From positions 32,001 through 96,000 of the forward strand of contig CBDCWP010000010.1 of assembly GCA_965223505.1 (NCBI GenBank): a DNA stretch of 64,000 nucleotides. Reading direction: 5' to 3'. The stretch's first letter is position 1, and every line of letters starts with the position of its first letter. Of the stretch, positions 35,063 to 44,332 are shown one piece after another. A model generated the notes under the pieces. That model saw only the letters and a program-made list of their open reading frames with translations, was not told the DNA's origin and ran no database searches. Source of the stretch: Planctomycetota bacterium (lineage in GTDB: Bacteria > Planctomycetota > PLA2 > JAEUHO01). Both the position numbers and the translations under genes were made by a program.

Positions 35063-36365
35063 CTACTTCTCCTCGAGGAGTCGGATCTTGGTGCTCTTGG
35101 TGAGGAAGTGCACGCCGGCGGTCACCACCCGCTCGCCGCTCTCGACACCGCTCGAGACGACGATCTGCCCGCCGCCCATGTTGCGCGTCTCGAACCGCGC
35201 GTCGTTCGACGCCGTAGTGTCCCGCCGCGTCGGCCGACTCGGCGACGACCCAGACGTACGGTGTGCCGCCTTCGTCCACGAACAGCGCGTCCGCAGGCAC
35301 CGCGACGCCCTCGCCACGGTCCCCGAAGTTCTTGTCGAGGTACACACGCAGCGAAGCCGACATGCCCGGCATGATGTTGTATTGCTCCGGGCGGGGGAGC
35401 GAAACGGTCGCCGCGTACGTCTGCGTCTTCGGATCCGCTTCGAGCTGGAACTCGTCCATCTCGGCGTCGAACTCCGGGCTGTTCGGAATCTCGAACTGGA
35501 CGGTGACGCGCTCGACGTCCGACTTCTTCGCGCGGGCCGCCAGGCTTTCCGGGATGTCGGCGACCACCTTGACGCGGGTGATGCTCTGTAGACTCACGAT
35601 CGGGCTCTTGGCGCGAACGTCCTTGTAGTTGTCCACGTAGCGCTTGGCGATGACGCCATCGAACGGCGCGGTGAGCGTCGTGTCGTCGAGCGCGTTCTGC
35701 GCTTCGGTCTGTTGCGTCACGAGACCGCGGATGAGCGCTTCCTGCGCGTCGAGGTCCTCCTGCCGGGCGCCGGCCTTGCCCCGCTGGAGCGCGTCCGTCG
35801 CCGCGTCGAACTCGTCCTTGGCGAGGTCCGCTTTCAGCTTGATCTGATCGAACGCGCTCTTGGAGATTCGCCCCTTGTCGGCCAACGGCTGGTTGCGCTC
35901 GACCTCCTTCTGCGCGAGCTCCCAGGCCGCCTTCGCGGCGGAGACCTGGTTCTCGAGAATGCGGATGTCCTCTGCGCGCTCGCCCGCCTTCATCTTCGCG
36001 AGCTGCGCGCGGGCCTGCTCGAGCTGGGCCGTGATCTTGAGGAGCGCGGTTCGATAGTCGCGCTGGTCGATCTGCGCGAGCACGTCGTTCTTCTTGACCT
36101 CGTCCCCGGCCTTCACCGGCAGCGCGACGAGGGGACCGGAGACACGGAACGAGAGATCGACCTCGTCCTGGGCGCGAACGACGCCCGGGAACGCGCGCTT
36201 GACGGCCGCCGAAACGGACTCGACCACCTCCGTCTTGGCCGGTCGCACCGGCGGCGGGGCCTCGCCCGGATCCGTATCGGGGTCGTACGTGAAGGCGAAG
36301 ATCGCGCCTCCGACCATGAGGACACCGCCCACCAGCAACCCGACCATCTTCGGCCGACCCAGCAT
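35063..36365 (-). CDS. RND periplasmic adaptor (MFP); +1 frameshift near 35193
   Basis: LSFRVSG, coiled hairpin, APFDGVI, VPADAL; C-terminus GVESGERVVTAG in the shifted frame. Confidence 0.88.
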
Positions 36366-36495
36366 GCCGCCCTCCTTCCGTCCGCTCGCAGCTCGAAGGC
36401 ATGGTAGTGGCCGGGCGCCGTCGAATGCGACCCCCTTGATTGCTCAATCTTCGAACGTACTTGCCTCAAAGCGCGCGGATGGGTAGAGGGGCGCC

Positions 36496-37171
36496 GTGAC
36501 CGACTTGTCTGCCAACCCGACATCGTCGGGGCGCCGATACGCGTTGCTGCTCGCTGCGATGGTCGTGTTCATCGTGGTTTGGCCCGCGTTCGCGCCGCAG
36601 GCGCACGAATCGCGGTGGATTCGCATGGCGCTGCTGAGCGCCGTCCTGTCGATCGCCTTTCTGGTCACGCCCCCAGGGCGCATGCGGCGTGTCGTCATCG
36701 TCATCATCGCCGCGGAGCTCGCGGCGGGGTGGGCGGCGCAGTTCACCGACGACACATTCGTCTTGCTGGGCCGCTATGTGCTCGGTGTCGCCTTCAACGT
36801 CTTGATGGTGACGATCATCCTTCGTTTCGTGCTCGCGCACGGACGGGTCACCACCGAACGCATCGTCGCGGCCCTTTGTGCCTACTTGTTCCTCGGGGTT
36901 CTCTGGGCCGATCTGTACGGCGTCATCGAGGTGCTCGACGGACCGGCGTTTCGTTTCCCGGACGCGACGGGCGGAACCGACACGGCGCTCACCTACGTCA
37001 GCTTCGTGACGTTGACGACGCTCGGCTACGGCGATGTGACGCCGGTCCATCCACTCGCACGGTCTCTCGCCATTCATCGAGGCCGCGACCGGCCAGATCT
37101 ATCTCGCCGTCCTGGTCGCCCGCCTCGTCGCGCTGCAGATCGCGCACGCCACGCGCCGGCCCGTCGACTAG
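36496..37171 (+). CDS. Potassium channel family protein (Ion_trans_2); +1 frameshift near 37074
   Basis: SFVTLTTLGYGD selectivity filter; EAATGQIYLAVLVARLV follows in the shifted frame. Confidence 0.85.
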
Positions 37172-37192
37172 GACCGCAGCAGAACGAGTTCT

Positions 37193-37666
37193 CTAGTCCA
37201 GGTTCTCGCGCGCCTTCACGAGTAGGCGATTGAGCTCGGCCAGCTCCTTGCGGGACATGTGTCCGAGCAGCTGCTTGTGGGACTTCACGAGCGGTTCGTC
37301 GAGACGCTTCAGGAGGCTGAGACCCTTGCGCGTGACGCGCGCTCGAACGACGCGGCGGTCGTTCGCCGAGCGGTCACGCTTCGCCAGGCCGGCGCGCTCG
37401 AGACGATCGAGCAGGCGCGTGATGTCCGGCACTCGCGTGACCATGCGATCCGCGACGGCCAAGGAGGGCAGCCCGTCCGGTCCGGCGCCGCGCAGAATTC
37501 GCAACGCGTTGTACTGCGGCTCGGAGATGCCCTGTGCCTTGAGCAGCTGGCGAATGGTGCCGTGCAATCGGTCGCACGTTCGCCGCAGGTTCAGGAACGC
37601 CTCCACTTCCGGGGACGCGAACGGCTTGGTCTGCTTCAACTCGGCTTGGAGGCGGGACTCGGGCAC
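37193..37666 (-). CDS. MarR family regulator
   Basis: QYNALRILRG, PDITRLLDRLE, DRRVV. Confidence 0.92.
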   Translation of the reverse strand: MPESRLQAELKQTKPFASPEVEAFLNLRRTCDRLHGTIRQLLKAQGISEPQYNALRILRGAGPDGLPSLAVADRMVTRVPDITRLLDRLERAGLAKRDRSANDRRVVRARVTRKGLSLLKRLDEPLVKSHKQLLGHMSRKELAELNRLLVKARENLD

Positions 37667-37743
37667 GCCAAAACGCTACCAACGCCATCTATTGTTGCAA
37701 CGACGAAATGCGCGAGCCGGGCAAATGGTCACGCTGAGGACGG

Positions 37744-38359
37744 TCAGTCGCCGCTCATCTCGCGCTCGACTTCCCGACGCAAGTCTCCGTCAAGCTCCAA
37801 CTCGTCCAGGAACTCCTGGAGACGTTCCTTGTTCCGGCGTTCGGCGCGGTCAGCCGCCCACAACGCGAACACGAAAAAGCCGATCAGTGCGACGCCGATG
37901 ACGATGCCGAGCGTGGCCTGACCCGGTGCGCGTCGGGCCATGCGGGCGGCGACGCGTTCGATGGGGGAGACGTTATTGATGTCCACGGGGCCCGGCCCGA
38001 CCTGTTTCATGCGAACCAGCCCCCAGATGCCGGCGCCAACGGCAATGAGCGCGCCGATGATCGAGGCTTCGCGCATGAACGGGATGAAGAACAAGACGAC
38101 GGCCGAGATGCCGGCGTAGAACGACGTCGCACACAACTTCGCGGCCTTCATGCGGTTGCGGCCTTCGGCCTTCTCGGGGCTGAGGCCCAGGTCCCTTTGC
38201 GGACGCGCGCGACGAACCTGTCCGACGATGCCGTACGAGTTTGGGTACCTTCTTGGGCGTGTTGGCGATGTCGACGAAGATCGCCTGCCCGCACGACGGA
38301 CACGCGGTCGTCCCGGACTCGACCTGCGTACCGCAAGCATCACACGATTGCGTCGTCAC
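37744..38359 (-). CDS. Membrane protein with N-terminal zinc ribbon; +1 frameshift near 38240
   Basis: CDAC..CPSC at start; three hydrophobic segments in the second frame. Confidence 0.6.
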
Positions 38360-38391
38360 ATCGACATGCTACGTCGTCGCGAACGTCGCGT

Positions 38392-38477
38392 GTAGGGGCG
38401 ACCCTCGTGGTCGCGCAATCGTCCGTCGGCGAGGACGAACCCATTCGCGATTGGGCAGCCACAAGGGCTGCCCCTGC
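38392..38477. repeat. REP doublet
   Basis: GTAGGGGCGACC-ctcgt-GGTCGCG ... GGGCAGCC-acaag-GGCTGCCC-CTGC. Confidence 0.85.
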
Positions 38478-38478
38478 G

Positions 38479-39402
38479 CTACGAATCCGGAAACAATCCT
38501 TCGACACTCAAATAGCGCTGCCCGGTGTCGCAGAACACGCACACGATCGTCTTGCCGTTCCACTCGGGCCGGTTCGCCAAGCGCGTCGCCGCGATCGCGG
38601 TCGCGCCGGACGAGATGCCGACCAACACGCCCTCCGTGCGCGCGATCCGACGACAGGCCTCGAAGGCGTCGTGTTCGGACACCAAAACGATCTCGTCGAT
38701 GAGGTCGCGCTCGAGGATCGGCGGCTCGAATCCCGGCGCGGTGCCCATCATGCGGTGCGGATGAAAGACGCCCTGCGAGATGAACGGGGACTCCTCCGGC
38801 TCGACACCCACCGTGTAGAACCCCGCCTTGCGCGGCTTGATCGTGCGGGCCGTCCCGACCAACGTACCGCCCGTGCCGAGGCCTGCGACGAGCGCGTCGA
38901 TCTCGCCGTCGGTGTCCGCCCAAAGCTCTTCCGCCGTGGTCTCGGCGTGCGCCTTCACGTTGCTCGGATTCTCGTGCTGCTCGATGTAGAAGGCCCCGCG
39001 GTCCTGCGCGATGAACTTCGCCTCCTCGCGCGCCGCCTTCGTGCCGCCCTCCCTCGGCGTCAACACCAGCTCCGCGCCGAGGGCGACGAGCACTTGGCGT
39101 CGCTCGAGCGACTGAATCGCCGACATGACGAGCACGCAGTGATAGCCGCGCGCCGCGCACAACATGGCGAGCGCCATGCCGGTGTTGCCGCTGGTGGCCT
39201 CGACCACCGTCCCGCCGGGCTTCAAGATGCCGCGCTCTTCCGCGTCACGAACCATGAACAGGACCGGGCGGTCCTTGATCGAGTACGGATTGAACAGCTC
39301 GAGCTTCGCGAGCAGCGTTGCCGGGCAGTCCGGCGCGTAGCGCCGGAGCCTGAGCAACGGCGTACCGCCGATCGCCTGCGAAATATCGTCGAGGACCCTC
39401 AC
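38479..39402 (-). CDS. cysK: Cysteine synthase
   Basis: IGGTPL, SIKDR (PLP Lys), ATSGNTG, GLGTGGT, GISSGA. Confidence 0.92.
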   Translation of the reverse strand: MRVLDDISQAIGGTPLLRLRRYAPDCPATLLAKLELFNPYSIKDRPVLFMVRDAEERGILKPGGTVVEATSGNTGMALAMLCAARGYHCVLVMSAIQSLERRQVLVALGAELVLTPREGGTKAAREEAKFIAQDRGAFYIEQHENPSNVKAHAETTAEELWADTDGEIDALVAGLGTGGTLVGTARTIKPRKAGFYTVGVEPEESPFISQGVFHPHRMMGTAPGFEPPILERDLIDEIVLVSEHDAFEACRRIARTEGVLVGISSGATAIAATRLANRPEWNGKTIVCVFCDTGQRYLSVEGLFPDS

Positions 39403-39446
39403 GCGCCTGACTCTCCCACACCGGGAACAGCGTACAGCGCGGGCCG

Positions 39447-41384
39447 CTACGACCGAATGCGTTTGATCTTGCTGACGGGTTTGGAGGCCATGCGGTTGCC
39501 TCGTGCACCCACACCGGTCGTTTCGAGCTGGTCCAGGTCGAATTCGGCCTCGTTGATGCGCTGTCGCTTCTTCGGAACGAACGTGAGGTGAACCCGCCCC
39601 AGGTCGGGTACGTCGAACAAGCCTTCCTTGCGGGTCCTCTCGCCGAGCAGATAGTCCACCCGTCCGCCTTCCCCCTTGATCAGGCGGTACTCCCGTCCAC
39701 GGATGTACTTGTGGATGTGGACCTTCTTGGCGTACGCGAACTTCTTCGCGTCCCGATAGACGACCGTGAACACGTTGCCGACCTCTTCGTCGAAGGCGGC
39801 GCAGTGAAGCGCCTTGCCGGGGATGAGGACCTTCTCTTCGGGGCCGAGCACTCGATAGGTTCCGTCGCTCGACACGATCAACACGCGGTCGTACTCGCTC
39901 ATCGTGAACTGGTGCGTGCCGCTCTTCACCGCCGTGCCGAAGAAGCCCGATTCCGGGTCGTAGCAGGCGCGGATGTTCTGGCGCGCGACCGTGCGCTTGT
40001 CGACCGAGTCGAACGTCGTGATCGTCGTGCGCCGCGGCCACCGGTCGCCGTGCCGCTTCAACAATCCCTCGAGGAAGGCGATGGACGTCTTCGTCAGGTT
40101 GCGCAGCTTCGACTTCACCGACGTGATGGACTTGACGATCTCCTCGACCTGCGTGCGGGACTTCTCGATGTCGTACGCCGAGATGCGGCGGATGCGGATC
40201 TCGAGCAGCCGGGTCACGTCTTCGTCGATCATGGGGCGGACGAAGAGGTCTTCGTGCTCGTGCATGCCGTCCCACACCTCTTTGCGGACCGCCTCGCGCG
40301 TCTTCGCCTTCTCGATGCGCTTGTACACGCGCTGCTCGATGAAGATCTGCTCGAGCGTGAGCCAGTGCTGCTTGTCGAGCAGCTCGTTCAGCTCCCAGGT
40401 GAGCTCCGCCTTGATGAGCTTCTTGAGCTCCGCGGTCGCGTCCTCCAGCACCTCCGTCACCGAGAGCTGCGCGGGATGGCGGTCGCGAATGACCGTGATG
40501 GCCGACGCCAGGCTGACCTCGCAGTTCGTGTAGGCGTACAGCTGCGGAATCGTCTCCTTCGCGGTCACGCCCCGCGGCAGGGAGACCTGGATCTCCGCCT
40601 TGTCGGTCGTGTAGTCCTGGATCGAGCCGATCTTGATCGTGCCCTTCTGCGACGCGGTCTCCAGCGAGGCGATCAAGGACTCGGTCGTCGTGCCGTAGGG
40701 CACCTCGGTGATGACGATCGTCTTCGAGCCCTTCGCCTCCATGCGCGCGCGCACCTTCACGCGGCCGCGCCCGTCGTCGTACTCGCTGACGTCGATCAGC
40801 CCGCCTTGCGGAAAGTCGGGATGCAGCTCGAACGGCTTCTTCCGCAGCAGCGCGATCTGCGATTCGAGCACTTCGACGAAGTTGTGGGGCAGCACGCGGG
40901 TGGACATGCCGACGGCGATGCCCTCGATGCCGAGCAGCAGCGCGACGGGGATCTTGGCCGGCAGGTTCACGGGCTCCTGCTTGCGTCCGTCGTAGCTGGC
41001 CGACAGCTCGGTGAGGTTCTTGTTGAACAACGTCTCGAGCGCGAGCGGTGTCAGCCGGCATTCGATGTAGCGTGCGGCCGCCGCGGGGTGTCCGGTGATG
41101 ACGCTTCCGAAGTTCCCCTGTCGCTCGATGAAATAGTCCTTATTGGCGAGAACCACGAGCGCGTCGCCGATCGAGGCGTCGCCGTGGGGGTGGAGCTTCA
41201 TCGTCTCGCCGATGACGTTCGCCACCTTGTGGAACTTGCCGTCGTGCATCTCGTGCAGCGTGTGCAGAATGCGTCGCTGCACCGGCTTGAAGCCGTCGCG
41301 GATCTCCGGAATCGCCCGATCCACGATCACGTAGCTCGCGTATTCCAGGAAGTTGCGCTCCATGAGCTTGCTGAGCTGAACCAT
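39447..41384 (-). CDS. parC: DNA topoisomerase IV subunit A (short form)
   Basis: DRAIPEIRDGFKPVQRR, HPHGDASI, AAARYIE active-site Tyr; short CTD, no GyrA-box seen. Confidence 0.85.
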   Translation of the reverse strand: MVQLSKLMERNFLEYASYVIVDRAIPEIRDGFKPVQRRILHTLHEMHDGKFHKVANVIGETMKLHPHGDASIGDALVVLANKDYFIERQGNFGSVITGHPAAAARYIECRLTPLALETLFNKNLTELSASYDGRKQEPVNLPAKIPVALLLGIEGIAVGMSTRVLPHNFVEVLESQIALLRKKPFELHPDFPQGGLIDVSEYDDGRGRVKVRARMEAKGSKTIVITEVPYGTTTESLIASLETASQKGTIKIGSIQDYTTDKAEIQVSLPRGVTAKETIPQLYAYTNCEVSLASAITVIRDRHPAQLSVTEVLEDATAELKKLIKAELTWELNELLDKQHWLTLEQIFIEQRVYKRIEKAKTREAVRKEVWDGMHEHEDLFVRPMIDEDVTRLLEIRIRRISAYDIEKSRTQVEEIVKSITSVKSKLRNLTKTSIAFLEGLLKRHGDRWPRRTTITTFDSVDKRTVARQNIRACYDPESGFFGTAVKSGTHQFTMSEYDRVLIVSSDGTYRVLGPEEKVLIPGKALHCAAFDEEVGNVFTVVYRDAKKFAYAKKVHIHKYIRGREYRLIKGEGGRVDYLLGERTRKEGLFDVPDLGRVHLTFVPKKRQRINEAEFDLDQLETTGVGARGNRMASKPVSKIKRIRS

Positions 41385-41393
41385 GATGCGGCG

Positions 41394-43226
41394 TTACCCC
41401 GTGGGTTCCGAGATGAGGTTCTTCTCGATGAACGTGCGCCGGTCCGGCGTGTTCTTGCCCATGAAGAAGTCGAGCGAGCTCGAAACGTCCCCCATGTTCT
41501 TCACGACGACCTCGGTCAGGCGGATGTCCTCGCCGATGAAGCCGTTGAACTCCTTCGGGCTGATCTCGCCGAGGCCCTTGAAGCGCGTCACCTCCGGGTG
41601 CGTGATGTCCTTCAGCGCCTGATCGCGCTCCGCTTCGCTGTAGCAGTAGCGCGTCTCCTTCTTGTTGCGAACCCGGAACAGCGGCGTCTCGAGGATGAAG
41701 AGGTGCCCGGACGTGGCCAGCTCCTCGAAGTAGCGCATGAAGTACGTGAGCAGCAGGTTGCGGATGTGCATGCCGTCCACGTCCGCGTCGGTCGCGATGA
41801 CGACGTGGTTGTAGCGTAGCCCCTCGATGCCGTCCTCGATGCCGAGCGCGCGCATGATGTTGTAGAGCTCTTCGTTCTTGTAGACCGCGTCGCGCTTGAG
41901 GCCATGGGTGTTGAGCGGCTTGCCTCGCAGGCTGTAGATGGCCTGGGTCTGGACGTCGCGCGACTGCACCATGGCGCCGCCGGCCGAGTCGCCCTCGGTC
42001 AGGAAGATCATTGTCTCGGCGCGTCGCTTCGCGCGCGGGTCGTTGAAGTGCTGCTTGCAGTCGGTGAGCTTGGGAATGCGGATCGCCACCTTCTTCGCGC
42101 GCTCGCGCGCCTGCTTCTTGATCGACGCGAGCTCCTTGCGCACGCGCTCGTTGGCCTTCACCTTGGCCATCAGGGCGTCGGCGGCCTTCTGGTTCTTGTG
42201 CAGCCAGAGGACCGTCTGCTCCTTGACGTCCTTGACGATCCAGGAGCGCACCTCCGTCGAGCCGAGCTTGTTCTTCGTCTGGCTCTCGAAGACCGGATCC
42301 TGCAGCTTCACGGCGACGGCGCCGACGAGGCCGTCGCGAACGTCCTCTCCGGCGAAGTTCTTGCCGGCGAACTCGTTGACGCCCTTGAGCATGCCCTCGC
42401 GGAAGGCGCTTTGGTGCGTACCGCCGTCGTTCGTGTACTGGCCGTTCACGAAGCTGAAGTACGTCTCGCCGTAGGTGTTCGTGTGCGTGAAGGCGAACTC
42501 TAGCCGGTCCATGCGGCAGTGGGCCGCGTCGTACAGCGCCTGCTCGGCGCCGATCTCGTCTGCGAGAAGGTCGGACAGCCCGTTCTTGCTGACGTAACGA
42601 ACCGGCTTGCCTTCGGGCCCGTGGTAGACGAGTGTCAGTCCGCTGTTGAGGTGCGCGTAGTAGCGCAGGCGGTGCGCGAGGAGCTCCTCGTCCCAGACGA
42701 AGTCGCCGAAGATCTCCGGGTCGGGCGTGAAGGAGATGAGCGTGCCGTCGCGCTCGTCGGCCTTGCCGCGCTTCTTGCCGATCAGCTTGCCCTGGCGAAA
42801 GCCGGCGGCCTGGTACTTCTTGTCGCGCCAGCTACAGACGCGGAACTCGGACGAGAGCGCGTTGACGGCCTTGGTGCCGACGCCGTTCAGGCCGACCGAG
42901 AACTGGAATACGTCGTCGTTGTACTTGCCGCCGGTGTTGATCTGGCTGACGCAGTCGACGACCTTGCCGAGCGGAATCCCGCGGCCGTAGTCGCGGACGG
43001 TCATCGTGGGGCCGTCGCGGAAGATCTCGATCCGCTTGCCGGCGCCCATGATGAACTCGTCGACCGAGTTGTCGACGACCTCCTTGAGCATCACGTACAC
43101 GCCGTCGAGCGCGTGCGTCCCGTCGCCCACGCGGCCGATGTACATACCGGTTCTAAGGCGGATGTGCTCGAGCGCGTCCAGGGTCTGGATGGCGCTCTCG
43201 TCGTACTCGACCTTCTTCTTGATCAC
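41394..43226 (-). CDS. parE: DNA topoisomerase IV subunit B
   Basis: EHIRLRTGMYIG, EVVDNSVDE, EGDSA, DADVDG, RFKGLGE; GTG start after GGGAG. Confidence 0.88.
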   Translation of the reverse strand: MIKKKVEYDESAIQTLDALEHIRLRTGMYIGRVGDGTHALDGVYVMLKEVVDNSVDEFIMGAGKRIEIFRDGPTMTVRDYGRGIPLGKVVDCVSQINTGGKYNDDVFQFSVGLNGVGTKAVNALSSEFRVCSWRDKKYQAAGFRQGKLIGKKRGKADERDGTLISFTPDPEIFGDFVWDEELLAHRLRYYAHLNSGLTLVYHGPEGKPVRYVSKNGLSDLLADEIGAEQALYDAAHCRMDRLEFAFTHTNTYGETYFSFVNGQYTNDGGTHQSAFREGMLKGVNEFAGKNFAGEDVRDGLVGAVAVKLQDPVFESQTKNKLGSTEVRSWIVKDVKEQTVLWLHKNQKAADALMAKVKANERVRKELASIKKQARERAKKVAIRIPKLTDCKQHFNDPRAKRRAETMIFLTEGDSAGGAMVQSRDVQTQAIYSLRGKPLNTHGLKRDAVYKNEELYNIMRALGIEDGIEGLRYNHVVIATDADVDGMHIRNLLLTYFMRYFEELATSGHLFILETPLFRVRNKKETRYCYSEAERDQALKDITHPEVTRFKGLGEISPKEFNGFIGEDIRLTEVVVKNMGDVSSSLDFFMGKNTPDRRTFIEKNLISEPTG

Positions 43227-43401
43227 GGTCTCCCTCTCGACTCGCTTCGCTTGCTCGAGGACTGGGTCCTCTCGGGAAGCACAGGCCCGGCTCGATGGGT
43301 TCGGGGCCTGCGACCCTCTTATATGGATCGGGCCGACGGCCCGCAGACTCCATGGCGAAGGGCCTCGTCGCCGCGCGCCACGCGAGTAGAATCCGCGCCC
43401 C

Positions 43402-44328
43402 ATGCTGTCGCGCATCATTCCCGGACCGCTCGTCCGCCTGTTTGCCCGCCGCTACGTCGCGGGTGGCTCCATGGAGGAAGGGATCGACGTCGCGCGGCGC
43501 CTGCTCGACGACCGCCTCATCCTCAGCTCGATGGACCTGCTGGGCGAGGCCGTGGACGACCCCGAGCAGGTGCTGGCCAACGTGCGCATCTACCGCGAGC
43601 TCATCGACGCGCTCAGCAGCGACAGGCGTTTCACGACGTCCGGCTACCCGCCCGGCGGGTCCGCCGTCCCCTCGGTCTCGCTCAAGCCGTCCTGCTTCAC
43701 GATCGGCGAGCAGGAGGAGGCGGCCGAGCACATCCGCGGTCTCTGCCGCCGCGCGCACGAGAGCGGCGTTGCGATCACCATCGACATGGAGGACCATCCC
43801 TGGACGGACTTCACGCTCGATCTGTCGGTGTCGCTGTTCGAGGAAGGCCTCGACGTCGGCGCCGTGCTGCAGACCCGCCTGCACAGAACCGAGGCGGACC
43901 TCGAGCGGATTCCCGCGGGCATGCGGGTTCGCCTGGTCATCGGGATCTACCCGGAGCCCGAAGAGATCGCGCTCGTCGACAAGGCGGCCATGAAGGAGCG
44001 CATGCTGACCTACGCCGCGCGCCTGCTCGAGCGCGGTGCGACGGTCGAGTTCGCGACCCACGACGAGGGCTGCCTCGAGCGCTTTCTCACGGACGTCGCG
44101 CCGGCCGCGCCCGAGCGCTGTGAGATCCAGATGCTGCTGGGCGTGCCCCGCGATCGATTCGTCCGTCGGCTGCGCGAAGGCGCGTTCGGCCTGATGCTTC
44201 CGGTGCGCCTGTACGTGCCGTTTGCCGTTGGCTGGGCCGACGCGACGGCGTACCTGCGACGGCGCATGCGCGAGACCCCGAACATGATGTGGCTCGTCCT
44301 GCGCAACCTCATCCCGCGCAGGAAGTAG
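43402..44328 (+). CDS. Proline dehydrogenase (monofunctional)
   Basis: RRYVAG, DLLGE, TIDMED, ATHD, QMLLG, YVPF..YLRRR motifs. Confidence 0.85.
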   Translation: MLSRIIPGPLVRLFARRYVAGGSMEEGIDVARRLLDDRLILSSMDLLGEAVDDPEQVLANVRIYRELIDALSSDRRFTTSGYPPGGSAVPSVSLKPSCFTIGEQEEAAEHIRGLCRRAHESGVAITIDMEDHPWTDFTLDLSVSLFEEGLDVGAVLQTRLHRTEADLERIPAGMRVRLVIGIYPEPEEIALVDKAAMKERMLTYAARLLERGATVEFATHDEGCLERFLTDVAPAAPERCEIQMLLGVPRDRFVRRLREGAFGLMLPVRLYVPFAVGWADATAYLRRRMRETPNMMWLVLRNLIPRRK

Positions 44329-44332
44329 TGTC

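Noticed and set aside
32001..38359. Calling the RND pair, K+ channel and zinc-ribbon genes pseudogenes
   Set aside because: Each has just one +1 base and no other decay; a sequencing artefact is more parsimonious.
39447..43226. DNA gyrase gyrA/gyrB
   Set aside because: The A subunit is short (645 aa) with no GyrA-box seen, which fits topoisomerase IV better.
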